A stretch of DNA of 64,000 nt from Spirochaetota bacterium (GCA_963664815.2 CAXXHB010000003.1:1408001-1472000); one strand, 5' to 3'; shown: positions 12,277 to 22,789, counted from the stretch's first letter. Notes: a model not told the origin generated them from the letters alone. Numbers and translations: made by a program.

Positions 12277-13092
12277 ATGAAAAAGGTAAGGCTTGACCTG
12301 TTGCTTGTTGAGCGGGGATACTCTAAGTCTGTTGAGAAGGCGAAAAAGGAGATTCTCTCCGGATGGGTCAAGGTAAGCGGCGAGACTTGTCGAAATCCTT
12401 CGTTGAAAATTTCAGGCAAAGAAGAAATCATCGTAGAAAGGCCCGGCGGTCAGTTTGTAAGCCGCGGTGGAGACAAACTGCTGCATGCTATAAATGAATT
12501 TAATATAGACATGGTGAATCTTGTTGCCCTTGATCTCGGCGCTTCTACAGGGGGATTTACCGATTGTATGTTGAAATCTGGAGCGGCAAAAGTATATGCT
12601 CTTGATGTAGGGTATAACCAGATTGATTATTCACTCAGGATTGATCCCCGGGTGGTTGTTATGGAAAAAATTCATGCCAGGGATATAAGGAAAGATTTGT
12701 TTCAGGATCATGTAGATTTTTTTACTGCGGATCTTTCATTTATATCTATTTTAAAAATTCTCCCCTCTGTTTATTCGGTTTTTGATAAAATCACAGGAGT
12801 AATACTGTTAAAACCCCAGTTTGAGGCGGAACCTTCGCAGCATATTAAAGGCATTGTCACTGATCCTGACTGTCATAAAGAGATTCTTTACAGGGTAGCT
12901 TCCGGTATTATAGAAACAGGTTTTGAAATAAAAGGGATTACTTATTCACCGATTAAAGGTCATTCCGGTAATATTGAATTTTTATTACTTCTGGTAAGAG
13001 ATAGTGCCGGTACAGAGATGCCCGCTTATAAAGATTCATTGAAAAACATAATATCTGCTGTTGTAGAAACTGCACATAACATCCTGAAGTGA
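12277..13092 (+). CDS. tlyA: TlyA family rRNA 2'-O-methyltransferase
   Basis: S4 domain RLDLLLVERG; FVSRGGDKL, LDLGASTGGFTD, KPQFE and SPIKG..GNIEF motifs. Confidence 0.95.
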   Translation: MKKVRLDLLLVERGYSKSVEKAKKEILSGWVKVSGETCRNPSLKISGKEEIIVERPGGQFVSRGGDKLLHAINEFNIDMVNLVALDLGASTGGFTDCMLKSGAAKVYALDVGYNQIDYSLRIDPRVVVMEKIHARDIRKDLFQDHVDFFTADLSFISILKILPSVYSVFDKITGVILLKPQFEAEPSQHIKGIVTDPDCHKEILYRVASGIIETGFEIKGITYSPIKGHSGNIEFLLLLVRDSAGTEMPAYKDSLKNIISAVVETAHNILK

Positions 13093-13356
13093 TAAAAAAA
13101 ACGAATTAAATATTTTTCTTGTTGCTTATTTTCAGCCGGTTTTTTAGAAAATATCAGCTTAATATATAAAATGTGCCGGTTATTATTCAAAATTTAAAAA
13201 ATAAGTCTGATATTTCAGAATTCTCTTAAACGCACTTCATAATGCAGTTATTCGGTATATAATGCCCGGAGTTTATCCTGTCAGAAGTGTAGACTATTTA
13301 TAAAGAGTATCCTGTTATAACAATATTTTGAATATAATAATCACAAGGAGAGATCA

Positions 13357-14610
13357 ATGAAAATATTAGCATTAAATTGCGGAAGCTCCTCTTTAAAATA
13401 CCAGTTATTTGACTGGGAAAAAAAAGAAGTTGTTGCAATCGGTATCGTCGAGAGAATCGGTATTGATGGTTCATTTATCAAACATGAAGTCCCTGCAAAA
13501 GACAAAGAGATCAAGACAGAAACTCCAATTCCGGATCATAAAGTAGGTATCCAGCTTGTTCTTGACGCTCTTGTTAAGGGAGATGGTGCTGTTATCGGCG
13601 GAATGTCTGAAATCTCAGCAGTAGGCCACAGGGTTGTTCATGGCGGAGAAAAATTCAATCACAGTGTTCTCATTGATGATAAAGTAATTGATGCCATTAA
13701 AGCTGTTTCGCATCTTGCGCCGCTTCATAATCCGGCAAACCTTATTGGTATAGAAGCAGCAATCGAAGCGCTTCCGGGATGCCCCCAGGTTGCGATTTTT
13801 GACACAGCTTTCCATCAGACAATGCCGAATTATGCGTATATGTATCCTGTACCTCATGAATGGTATGATAAATTTGCTGTAAGAAGATATGGTTTCCACG
13901 GAACAAGTCATCTCTATGTTTCAAAAAGAGCGGCTGATCTCCTGGGAAAATCTCCGAAGGACTGCAACATCATAACTATGCATATTGGTAACGGAGTTTC
14001 CTGTTCAGCAATCAGAAACGGTATCAGCGTTGATACATCAATGGGTCTTACACCTCTTGAAGGTGCAGTAATGGGTACAAGATCCGGTGATATTGACCCG
14101 GCGATACCAATGTTCATGCAGAATGAACTCGGCGTTGGTGCAAAAGAGATGGACACTATACTCAATAAAAAATCCGGTCTTCTCGGTATAACCGGAAAAT
14201 TTACAGACAGGCGCGATATCCTTTCAGGTGCAGAATCCGGCGACGAAAAATGCAAGCTTGCAGTTGATATGGAATGCTATAAACTGAGAAAAATACTCGG
14301 TTCCTATGCAGCAGCGCTTGGTAAAGTGGATGCAATCGTGTTTACAGCCGGAGTTGGTGAAAACGCAGGAGATATCAGGCAGAAGGTTCTTGAAGGTCTT
14401 GACTGTCTTGGAATTGTTATAGATAAAGAGAAAAACCTCGGAACAAGATCCAAACATGGCGAAACCCTTATTTCAAAACCCGATTCAAAAATAAAAGTAT
14501 ATGTAATACCGACAAACGAAGAGCTTGTATTTGTTGAGGATGTTGTTGGAATCATGAATAAAACATATGATGATCATATGGTTTATAAGTATACTTTCCT
14601 TAAAAAATAG
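13357..14610 (+). CDS. ackA: Acetate kinase
   Basis: LNCGSSSLKYQ, GHRVVHGG, APLHNP, FDTAFH and FTAGVGEN motifs. Confidence 0.98.
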   Translation: MKILALNCGSSSLKYQLFDWEKKEVVAIGIVERIGIDGSFIKHEVPAKDKEIKTETPIPDHKVGIQLVLDALVKGDGAVIGGMSEISAVGHRVVHGGEKFNHSVLIDDKVIDAIKAVSHLAPLHNPANLIGIEAAIEALPGCPQVAIFDTAFHQTMPNYAYMYPVPHEWYDKFAVRRYGFHGTSHLYVSKRAADLLGKSPKDCNIITMHIGNGVSCSAIRNGISVDTSMGLTPLEGAVMGTRSGDIDPAIPMFMQNELGVGAKEMDTILNKKSGLLGITGKFTDRRDILSGAESGDEKCKLAVDMECYKLRKILGSYAAALGKVDAIVFTAGVGENAGDIRQKVLEGLDCLGIVIDKEKNLGTRSKHGETLISKPDSKIKVYVIPTNEELVFVEDVVGIMNKTYDDHMVYKYTFLKK

Positions 14611-14664
14611 TAATTGGCAGTTTATTCCTGTCTCAGGAAAACAGGCTGGAATAATTATATCAGG

Positions 14665-14698
14665 AGAGGCTTTTCTTTATGAAAAGCCTCTTTTTTTT
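14665..14698 (+). terminator. Rho-independent terminator
   Basis: agaggcttttc-tttat-gaaaagcctct followed by a T run. Confidence 0.9.
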
Positions 14699-14801
14699 AT
14701 TTTTAAAATTTACCTGGTGAATTATTGTTGACCTGTCTTATTTTGAATGAAAAAATACAGATATATATGTAACTTAAATCAGTTTAACTGGTATATTAGA
14801 A

Positions 14802-15003
14802 CTATAGCATTTTACAATTGAAATAGAACACTCATTGCCATTCCCGCGAAGGGGAGAATCCCATAGAACAGGTATGATGAGATTCCGGCAGTTCAGTCAC
14901 GATGTCTGCCTGCAGGCACGAAACAGGATGTTTTTATAATGCCTGCCTTCGTAGTCACTAAGGCCGGAATCTCATGGTGCTGATCGTTTCGTAAATGCTG
15001 TAG
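14802..15003. mobile_element. Putative MITE / palindromic repeat element
   Basis: Imperfect terminal IRs ctatagcattt / aaatgctgtag; internal IR atgagattccggc / gccggaatctcat; degenerate ATTCCC-N8-GGGAAT-like motif; GC-richer than its flanks. Confidence 0.45.
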
Positions 15004-15069
15004 TCATGTGAAATATAACAATTTCTGTTGCTTATACATTGCAGGTAATCATTCTTTGAGGATATCAGG

Positions 15070-15426
15070 ATGAAACAGATATATAAAATTTTAATCATTT
15101 TTATTATTATTTTTTCACAGACTGCCTATTCACTGGATCTGAAAGATCTTGCAGCTTATCCTGTGCCGTTCAATCCTCAGAAAAAAACGCTTACTATTGA
15201 TAATCCTTCAGGAACTCTGGGATCGCACAAGGTTACAGTTTCAATTTATGATATAAATGGAGATGAGGTTATTACAAAGACGCTCTCTTCCTTTCCTGTA
15301 AAATGGAACGGAAGAAACAGCAGCGGAAGATGTGTAAAGCCCGGATTATATATTCTTAAAATAGAAGTAGATGATGACTCCGGTGAATACGGAAAAAAGA
15401 TTATCCGCATCCTGATAGATTATTGA
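15070..15426 (+). CDS. Exported FlgD-Ig-like protein (T9SS-CTD-like fold)
   Basis: Signal peptide; YPVPFNP, IYDINGDEV and WNGRNSSGRCVKPGLYILKIE motifs. Confidence 0.8.
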   Translation: MKQIYKILIIFIIIFSQTAYSLDLKDLAAYPVPFNPQKKTLTIDNPSGTLGSHKVTVSIYDINGDEVITKTLSSFPVKWNGRNSSGRCVKPGLYILKIEVDDDSGEYGKKIIRILIDY

Positions 15427-15439
15427 TGATGGTGCATTT

Positions 15440-16444
15440 ATGAAACTGAAGATATCAGCCATTATTTTACTTTTATTTACGGCCTCGGGTGTTTATGCGG
15501 GGAATGCCGGAAGCAGGGGGTCATACACAAGAGGGGGGTGGGCAGGCGCTGAGTATGCCGCATCAGGTATGACCGGGGAGGTTCTTGCCAATGATGTTTT
15601 TTCAATTTACTGGAACCCTGCGGGATTGGCCGAGCTTCGTACCAAGAAAAAACTTTCTGAAAGCCAGATAACTGAAAAGGCAAAGCAGGGGAAGCTTAAT
15701 GACATAACGGAAGATGACCTGCTGAATTTTTCCGAGGATGACAGCAATAAGCTTTTTTTTAACATCGGAGCATCCTATACAAATCTTGATCTTGACAGGG
15801 ATGCCGGTTTTGCCGGGTGCGCATTCAATCTTTTCAAAGGAGTGCTCGGCGCGGGCTACTATTCCATTGTATCTTCCGATATAGAAACAAGAGATGATTC
15901 GGGAACATTAACCGGTACTCAGAAATATTCAGGTTCTACCGGAATATTATCATATGCAATGCAGTGGAACATTCTGTCATTCGGTATATCCGCAAAGGGG
16001 TACTATGAGAAGATAGGTGAATCGACATATTCCGGCGCCGGCGCTGATGTCGGATTACAGATATTTATTCTTCCATTTATTAAACTCGGGATACTGGTAA
16101 GAGATGCGGGTGGATTCCTGAAACCGCAGAATGCGTCCGGCTCGGAAAACAGATATGACTTTTTCAATCCGCAGATAAAGACAGGAGTTGCATTCCTGAC
16201 TGATTCGGGTGTGAAGATAGCCATTTCCGGTTCAAAGAAACTTGAGCAGACGGATTTTGAATACGGTGCAGGGGTTGAATATGAAATATTGAAATTCTTA
16301 ACAATCAATACCGGTATAACTGATAATTATTTTTCAGCCGGATTTACCCTTAAGCTTATAAATATGGACGTTTCATATGCAATCAACTTCGACCAGATAG
16401 ATTTCGGTTATAATAATACTGTATCCATGGCTATGCTCTTTTGA
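15440..16444 (+). CDS. PorV/FadL-like outer membrane beta-barrel protein
   Basis: Signal peptide; GAEYAASG...FSIYWNPAGLA motif; amphipathic strands; C-terminal Phe. Confidence 0.75.
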   Translation: MKLKISAIILLLFTASGVYAGNAGSRGSYTRGGWAGAEYAASGMTGEVLANDVFSIYWNPAGLAELRTKKKLSESQITEKAKQGKLNDITEDDLLNFSEDDSNKLFFNIGASYTNLDLDRDAGFAGCAFNLFKGVLGAGYYSIVSSDIETRDDSGTLTGTQKYSGSTGILSYAMQWNILSFGISAKGYYEKIGESTYSGAGADVGLQIFILPFIKLGILVRDAGGFLKPQNASGSENRYDFFNPQIKTGVAFLTDSGVKIAISGSKKLEQTDFEYGAGVEYEILKFLTINTGITDNYFSAGFTLKLINMDVSYAINFDQIDFGYNNTVSMAMLF

Positions 16445-17262
16445 TGAATACCGGGAAAAAAACCCGTATTATGGGGATATTGAATGTTACTCCCGATTCT
16501 TTTTATGACGGGGGAACATATAACAGCATTGATAAAGCAGCGGCTCATGCTGTGAAAATGTTTGAAGAGGGTGCCGACATCATAGATGTCGGGGGTGAGT
16601 CGACAAGACCAGGTGCAGATGATGTCAGCGTTAATGAAGAGATTGACCGGGTAGTTCCTGTAATAGAACGTATAATCAGGGATATGCCGCTCCCTGTATC
16701 GGTTGATACGACAAAATCTGAAGTTGCTCTTGAAGCTGTAAAAGCCGGGGCGTCTATAATAAATGATATAAGCGGACTTACATTTGACCCGGGAATTACA
16801 GATGTTGCCGCGAAGTACAAAACAGGCCTGATAATTATGCATATAAAAGGGACTCCTCATGATATGCAGAAAAATATTGTATATAATGATATTATAAAAG
16901 ATATACTTGATTTTTTAAATGTATCTATAAATAATGCATTGAACTGTGGTGTTTCAGGTGATAAAATTATTATTGATCCGGGCATAGGTTTTGGAAAGAG
17001 TATTGAACATAATTATACAATTCTTAATAATATAGAAAAATTAAGGGAAACAGGATATCCTGTTCTTGTGGGACTTTCGAGGAAGTCTCTGATCGGAAAG
17101 ATTTATGAAAAGGATGAGGACAGGCTTCCTGCTACAATCGCATTGAATGCAGTTGCTGTAAATAATGGTGCAGAGATTATCAGGGTGCATGATGTTAAAG
17201 CCCACCGGCTTGCCATGGAGAGTATAGACTTTTTAAAAGGACAGTGTCTTGACAGATGGTAG
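16441..17262 (+). CDS. folP: Dihydropteroate synthase
   Basis: MGILNVTPDSFYDGG, IDVGGESTRPG, DPGIGFGK, SRKS and IIRVHDV motifs. Confidence 0.98.
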   Translation: MMNTGKKTRIMGILNVTPDSFYDGGTYNSIDKAAAHAVKMFEEGADIIDVGGESTRPGADDVSVNEEIDRVVPVIERIIRDMPLPVSVDTTKSEVALEAVKAGASIINDISGLTFDPGITDVAAKYKTGLIIMHIKGTPHDMQKNIVYNDIIKDILDFLNVSINNALNCGVSGDKIIIDPGIGFGKSIEHNYTILNNIEKLRETGYPVLVGLSRKSLIGKIYEKDEDRLPATIALNAVAVNNGAEIIRVHDVKAHRLAMESIDFLKGQCLDRW

Positions 17263-18062
17263 AATTATTCAGTAATATAAGCGGTTCTATAACTTCATTC
17301 TGGGACTATTTCAGGAATGTCATTGATATACTGATTGTAGCTTATCTTTTTTACTGGACTTATACATTTCTGCTCAATACAAGGGCTGTACAGCTGATAA
17401 AGGGTGTGGTTGTAATTTTTATAGTTGCTGTAATCGCCGGTATTCTTCACCTTGATACGCTGGACTGGCTCATTAAAAATATAACTTCCTACCTGGTGAT
17501 TACTGTAATAATTCTTTTCCAGCCGGAATTGAGACGATTAATTACTAGATTCGGACAGAGAAACTGGCTTGTAAATGAGTCGAGCACCGAGTCATTCCAG
17601 CTTGATGAACTGGTTAACTCAGTTTTTGCAATGGCAGAGGAGAAAGTCGGCGCACTTATTGTAATAGAGAGAAATACAGGGCTTAAAAGCTTCGTTGAAT
17701 CGGGAGTGGTTGTGGACTCTATCATTTCTGAAGAGCTTATAAGGACTGTTTTTTTCCCTCTGACTCCGCTTCATGACGGTGCACTTATAATCCAGGAGGG
17801 GAGAATTGCCGGAGCTGCATGTTATCTTCCCCTTAGTGATTCAAAACAGATAAAAAAACATCATGGAGCCAGGCACAGGGCCGGGCTTGGAATAGCTGAA
17901 GAGACAGATGCGCTTGTAATAGTCACTTCTGAAGAGCGCGGAGAGATATCGATTATGGTTAACGGTAAGCTCATTTCAGGAATAAAGAACGGCGATCTTA
18001 AAAACATGATACTCTTCTTTATGAATCCTAAAACTGCTTATGAGGAGACATACAATATTTAA
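17256..18062 (+). CDS. cdaA: Diadenylate cyclase CdaA
   Basis: Three N-terminal TM helices, FQPELRR, LHDGA and GARHRA DisA_N motifs. Confidence 0.95.
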   Translation: MVELFSNISGSITSFWDYFRNVIDILIVAYLFYWTYTFLLNTRAVQLIKGVVVIFIVAVIAGILHLDTLDWLIKNITSYLVITVIILFQPELRRLITRFGQRNWLVNESSTESFQLDELVNSVFAMAEEKVGALIVIERNTGLKSFVESGVVVDSIISEELIRTVFFPLTPLHDGALIIQEGRIAGAACYLPLSDSKQIKKHHGARHRAGLGIAEETDALVIVTSEERGEISIMVNGKLISGIKNGDLKNMILFFMNPKTAYEETYNI

Positions 18063-19034
18063 ATGAAAAGGTACATTGAAATTCTCGCCGAAATCATTAA
18101 GAATAAGAGTATTGTTCCAAAATTAGTGAGCATTCTTCTTGCCGTCATTCTGTGGGCTTACATTACAAGTGCAAAGAGCGGTGATGTACGTTTTAAGCTT
18201 CCTGTAACCTATACAGGTCTTGATGAAAAATATATTGTTTCAAAAGTTTCACATAAATTCGTAATGGTTGAAGTCAGCGGGAATAAGGATGATTTGAAAA
18301 ATATTTCATCAAAGAATATCAAACTTCTGGTTGATCTTTCCAAATCCATACCGGGAGAGTCTAAACCATTTGCCATACAGTATCAGAAGATTGATTTTAC
18401 TGATGATTTAAAAATCGGATTATATCCCGAAGAGGTGAAAGTATTCATCGAGAAAAAAATAGAAAGAAATGTGAAGATAATCCCCAGGTATACCGGTTTT
18501 CCGGAGAAAGGATTTATGACCGGGAATTTAAAAGTTAATCCGGAATATGTACGGATTGCCGGGCCGGGATCAGTAATAAATAATATCGGTGCAGTGTATA
18601 CTGAAAATATTGCTGTTGACAGTAAAAATGCCATGTTCCGGCAGGATGTTAAACTTGTTTCTATCAGTAATGACCAGCTTCAGTACAGTGTTTCAAAGGT
18701 AAATGTTACAGTACCGGTTTTTAATGTTTCAGAGGTAACATCCTATGAAATTCCTGTTGCAGTTAAAAACAAAAAGAGGGGATTAAATTATATTTTTAAT
18801 CTTAACAGGGTTAAGGTGAATGTGGTTGTTTCCGGAAACAAGAATATAGGAGAACATTCATTTTCTGCTTATATCGATGTTGATGATATAGACGGAGGTG
18901 AGGATGATTTTGCAAGGAAGAACAGGATTGAAGTAATGCGGTATGTGTATGTCAGCGGAGATACATCTGAAAGTGAAAATGCTATACTATCATCAACTCC
19001 GGAAGTTGTGGAAATAGTTGTAACAAAGGAATAA
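18063..19034 (+). CDS. cdaR: CdaR/YbbR-domain protein
   Basis: N-terminal TM (KLVSILLAVILWAYI), YbbR-like repeats (VNPEYVRIAGP), directly after cdaA. Confidence 0.85.
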   Translation: MKRYIEILAEIIKNKSIVPKLVSILLAVILWAYITSAKSGDVRFKLPVTYTGLDEKYIVSKVSHKFVMVEVSGNKDDLKNISSKNIKLLVDLSKSIPGESKPFAIQYQKIDFTDDLKIGLYPEEVKVFIEKKIERNVKIIPRYTGFPEKGFMTGNLKVNPEYVRIAGPGSVINNIGAVYTENIAVDSKNAMFRQDVKLVSISNDQLQYSVSKVNVTVPVFNVSEVTSYEIPVAVKNKKRGLNYIFNLNRVKVNVVVSGNKNIGEHSFSAYIDVDDIDGGEDDFARKNRIEVMRYVYVSGDTSESENAILSSTPEVVEIVVTKE

Positions 19035-19099
19035 TCAGGTATCTTATCCATAAAAGGGATAAAAAAAGGGATAAATGGTTTTATTTAACGGAGAAGATA

Positions 19100-19306
19100 A
19101 TGATAGGCAGGATTTTTAGTTTAATTTTTTTTATTTTCATCGGGTTTGTAATATTGAAATTTTTGAAACTGATATTCCAGATTGGTAAAACTACAGGCGA
19201 GTTTAACCGGAGAGTGGATGAGATGGACCGTTCAAAGAAAAGTGCCGGACGGGACAAAAAAGGTGCGGTTATTGAACTTGATAAGAATCAATACAAAGTT
19301 GAGTGA
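19100..19306 (+). CDS. Small membrane protein
   Basis: N-terminal TM helix, ggag RBS, co-oriented in the operon. Confidence 0.7.
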   Translation: MIGRIFSLIFFIFIGFVILKFLKLIFQIGKTTGEFNRRVDEMDRSKKSAGRDKKGAVIELDKNQYKVE

Positions 19307-19312
19307 ATATAA

Positions 19313-19720
19313 ATGAAAAAATGCATACCTGTATTTTTTCTTCTTTTAATTTTATTATCCTGCGGAAAACTGAAAGGGGAGTTTGCATTCAAAACTCCTG
19401 AAGACAAAGGTTATAAGATTAATCAGAGCAGGTTTGAATTTGATGCTTCCAAAGAGATTGACTGGATTTTCAGGTTTGATTCCGAGACACGTCATAGAAT
19501 AAATCTGGGAGTAATAATTTTAAAGAAAGAGCTCGGGTGGATAGATATATTAACCACTTCAGATTATATAGATCCCCTGAAAAACATTTTGTATGGTAAG
19601 CTGAAAGATATGGAACCAGGTGAATACAAAATAGTAATTGTGGAACCTACTCCCGAAGGGAATAAAATTATTGATGAAATTGAAATATATCTATATTCAG
19701 ACGAAGAAGAACTGGATTAA
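19313..19720 (+). CDS. Putative lipoprotein
   Basis: Lipobox-like LLSC after a hydrophobic stretch. Confidence 0.75.
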   Translation: MKKCIPVFFLLLILLSCGKLKGEFAFKTPEDKGYKINQSRFEFDASKEIDWIFRFDSETRHRINLGVIILKKELGWIDILTTSDYIDPLKNILYGKLKDMEPGEYKIVIVEPTPEGNKIIDEIEIYLYSDEEELD

Positions 19721-19722
19721 CT

Positions 19723-20010
19723 TCATTTAGAAAGTCTGTTTACAGAATCTATAACATCATCTATTTTATCTTTTTTCTTATGCATGTCAATTAATTCTTT
19801 TTCACAGCTGTTAATATATTTCCGCAGGGTTTCATCAACATTTTCCCCTTTGTAATGAATATAACCCAGGTACAATACAAGCGAAATAATTATTATGATT
19901 ATTATTTTTAAAATACGTTTGAGTATCAAATAGATAATAAGTGAGATCAGCAGAATCAGTATAGTAAGAAGAATTTTATTCGATAATAAAGAGTTTATAA
20001 ACGGTTCCAT
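19723..20010 (-). CDS. Small membrane protein
   Basis: Two Ile/Leu-rich TM segments. Confidence 0.6.
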   Translation of the reverse strand: MEPFINSLLSNKILLTILILLISLIIYLILKRILKIIIIIIISLVLYLGYIHYKGENVDETLRKYINSCEKELIDMHKKKDKIDDVIDSVNRLSK

Positions 20011-20196
20011 ATTACAGTTCCAATTTCCCGGTATCTTTAAGCTAATTTTTCATTAATATAAATTAATTATAAATCTGATTATTTCTTGCAATGATTATTT
20101 TATTATTAAATACTGCCTATTATTAAAAAGTTCCGGAGTTTATAAACACCGGAACTTTTAAGATACTGTTAATCTGGTAATAATCCGGAGGAATTG

Positions 20197-21207
20197 ATGG
20201 AATTTAAAAAGGTGCTTAAGAAGGCAACTTTCCTTGATCCGTTAAATGGATTTGACCATGGAGGCCGCGAGTGTGAAATCAGGACAGATCCTCTTACGGG
20301 AAGGAATTCGAGAATACTTTTTTTCCCGGTGAGAGTTCTTCCTGAACCTGATCCGGAGTTGATCAGGAAAAAAGATTCAGGTTTTTGTCCTTTCTGTACA
20401 GAAAACATTGATAAAATTACTCCTAAATTCAGTCCGGAATTATTCAGCAGGGACAGATTCAGAGTCGGTGAGGCTGTATGTTTTCCAAATGCGTTCCCAT
20501 ATGATGAAAACGGCGCTGTGACAGTAATGACCGAAAAGCATATGGTGATGATCGATGAGTTCACCTGCGAAATTATACAGAATGCAGTTTCCTGCTGTGT
20601 TGAGTTTCTTGTCGATGTAAAAGAAAAACAGCCTGAGGCGGTATATCAGTCCATTAACTGGAATTACCTTCCGACTGCCGGCAGTTCAATTGTCCATCCT
20701 CATCTTCAGATTACGGCTTCATCCATTCCGACCAATTATTATTCTGATGTCCTGAAAACAATGGAAGTGTCCGTGGAGAATGTTTTTAAAGATCTTGTTC
20801 TCTCTGAGATTGCTGAAGATGAAAGGTTTATTTCAAAGGGTGAGTATTATTCATGGATGATAGCCTTCGCTCCGGAGGGTATCTTTGATTTAATGGCAGT
20901 GTCTCACGAATATTTTGAGCCGTATCAGCTTAGGGATGGGAGGCTTGAAGAGCTTGTAAAAGGGATCATTAAAACAATCAATTTTATAAAATCCAATCAT
21001 ATAATCAGTTATAATATGTCTTTTTTCTTTATACCGGGTAATAATGAATTTATACCTCATATGCGAATATGTCCAAGAACCAATGTTCCCCCTCTGGATA
21101 CAAGTGAAATAAATTACATGAAGATGCTTCACAATGAACCTATGTCTACAATGAAACCTGAACATGTTGCAGCTGAAATAAAAAAAATCTGGAACGCTTG
21201 TCAGTAG
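20197..21207 (+). CDS. Galactose-1-phosphate uridylyltransferase-like (GalT/HIT) protein
   Basis: EIRTDPLTG, CPFC, FPNAFPY and AGSSIVHPHLQ motifs; ggagga RBS before ATG 20197. Confidence 0.85.
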   Translation: MEFKKVLKKATFLDPLNGFDHGGRECEIRTDPLTGRNSRILFFPVRVLPEPDPELIRKKDSGFCPFCTENIDKITPKFSPELFSRDRFRVGEAVCFPNAFPYDENGAVTVMTEKHMVMIDEFTCEIIQNAVSCCVEFLVDVKEKQPEAVYQSINWNYLPTAGSSIVHPHLQITASSIPTNYYSDVLKTMEVSVENVFKDLVLSEIAEDERFISKGEYYSWMIAFAPEGIFDLMAVSHEYFEPYQLRDGRLEELVKGIIKTINFIKSNHIISYNMSFFFIPGNNEFIPHMRICPRTNVPPLDTSEINYMKMLHNEPMSTMKPEHVAAEIKKIWNACQ

Positions 21208-21237
21208 TAACGCCCTGATTATTACCGGTATAAAAAA

Positions 21238-21267
21238 TATCCCCATGCCGTCATCGGCGTGGGGATA
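21238..21267. terminator. Hairpin between convergent genes
   Basis: tatccccatgccg-tcat-cggcgtggggata. Confidence 0.7.
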
Positions 21268-21320
21268 CAGAATTTCTTTATTAAACGTGTATATTAAGGC
21301 ATTGTTACTTACATATTTTG

Positions 21321-21953
21321 TTATTTGGCGGAAACCCTGATGTTTTCCAGATTTATTTTATAGCCTCCGGAAACAGTTACATATCCGCGGTATTTGTCTG
21401 ACATATCTGTTATTTTTGCCATAAACCAGTTTTGTGTTATTGCCGCAGATTTATCTTCGGGTGCAAAGTAAACTCCATCATCGCCAGCTCTTTCAAAAGC
21501 AATAATGAGAAGTCCGATTTTCAGTTCTTTTTCAGCAGCTATCCGCGTCTTCCAGAAATTTTTAGTCCAGATGTTCTCTCCATTATCGATGGTCATGAAT
21601 TCCCCTTCATTTTTTGTTTTTGCTGAAGGTGGAGTAACAATTTTCGCGGCTTTGACATATATCCATCCTGAACCTTTAAAAGGTTCCTTTGATACAAAGA
21701 CCACATCGCTGGTGATGAAATGATTATCTCCAGTCGCGGAGCCGCTGTTTTTACTTTTGTTTTTTGAATTTTTACTGTTGTCTGAAATTCCGTTGGTTGA
21801 ATTATTGCTGCTGGAATCTGATGAGCTCAGGGCTTTGTCTTTTAAAGTGTTTACTACGTTTCCCTCTATAAGGCTTTTTGTGTCCATACTGCATGAAACA
21901 AATGCAACACAGGTTATCATCAGGATTGATGTTTTTATCATTTTCCCAATCAT
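21321..21953 (-). CDS. Hypothetical lipoprotein
   Basis: Lipobox-like FVSC, Ser/Asn linker, ggag RBS. Confidence 0.75.
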   Translation of the reverse strand: MIGKMIKTSILMITCVAFVSCSMDTKSLIEGNVVNTLKDKALSSSDSSSNNSTNGISDNSKNSKNKSKNSGSATGDNHFITSDVVFVSKEPFKGSGWIYVKAAKIVTPPSAKTKNEGEFMTIDNGENIWTKNFWKTRIAAEKELKIGLLIIAFERAGDDGVYFAPEDKSAAITQNWFMAKITDMSDKYRGYVTVSGGYKINLENIRVSAK

Positions 21954-22260
21954 TAAAATCCTCCATTTAATTAATTGTCTGATTTAGATATTTTTATGTG
22001 GGGTATATAAGAAAGGCAACACTATTTTTAAATAATTGGGTCAAAATTAAAATGATTTGTTTTTTATGAATAAAAGGTAAATATATCGACAATAATTTAT
22101 TAATATATATTTTTTATCGACATCGACTCTTTGTCTGGTATTTTCAATTACAATGAGTTAAGTAATAAATATTAATTTGATGTATGAGTAATAAGTGTAT
22201 ATGCTACCTGTTATTTGAATTAAATGAGCAGTGTGATTTATTCAGGAACTGAAATTAAAA

Positions 22261-22283
22261 AAGGGTAACTAAAAGTTACCCTT
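22261..22283 (-). terminator. Terminator of the tRNA pair
   Basis: aagggtaact-aaa-agttaccctt with a minus-strand T run. Confidence 0.8.
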
Positions 22284-22288
22284 AAAAT

Positions 22289-22362
22289 TAGCGGGGGAGG
22301 GACTCGAACCCCCCACACCACGGATATGAGCCGTGTGCTCTAACCAACTGAGCTACCCCGCC
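22289..22362 (-). tRNA. tRNA-Met (CAT), elongator type
   Basis: GGCGGGGTAGCTCAGTTGGTTAGAGC ACACGG CTCATAT CCGTG...GGTTCGAGTCC cloverleaf; G1:C72 pair; CCA not encoded. Confidence 0.93.
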
Positions 22363-22374
22363 GGTTTTTTTTAT

Positions 22375-22447
22375 TAGCGCGGGTAGGACTTGAACCTACG
22401 ACCTTTGGGTTATGAGCCCAACGAGCTGCCAACTGCTCCACCGCGCG
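22375..22447 (-). tRNA. tRNA-fMet (CAT), initiator
   Basis: CGCGCGGTGGAGCAGTTGGCAGCTCG TTGGG CTCATAA CCCAA; C1 mismatch and three G:C pairs in the anticodon stem. Confidence 0.95.
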
Positions 22448-22789
22448 ATCTGTAAGCAACCTAAATAAATGGCAGGTATGTGTCAACATTTTTTAATAAT
22501 TAAAAAATAATTAACAGAATATTTTCTTTTTTACCTTTCAGCTGTTTATTGTGATTAAACCTTTACAGGAGATTATGTTCATCATTTATACTTTAATATA
22601 TGTTCGTGAATTGCTATAGCATTTGACTGGATTGTATTTTAATATAAATATAACCTGATATGTTAAATATAAACGCAATTCAGCAGTTTATGGATACAGG
22701 TAATTATTCACTGTAAATTTATTGAATACACATGAAAACTAATTGACCGCAATGATAAGACAAATAACATTTTGACAGTGTGAAATTAT

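Noticed and set aside
13228-13292. Possible purine riboswitch upstream of ackA
   Set aside because: Only a short cacttc/gaagtg pairing; the conserved TTTCTACC and CCGTAAA core is absent
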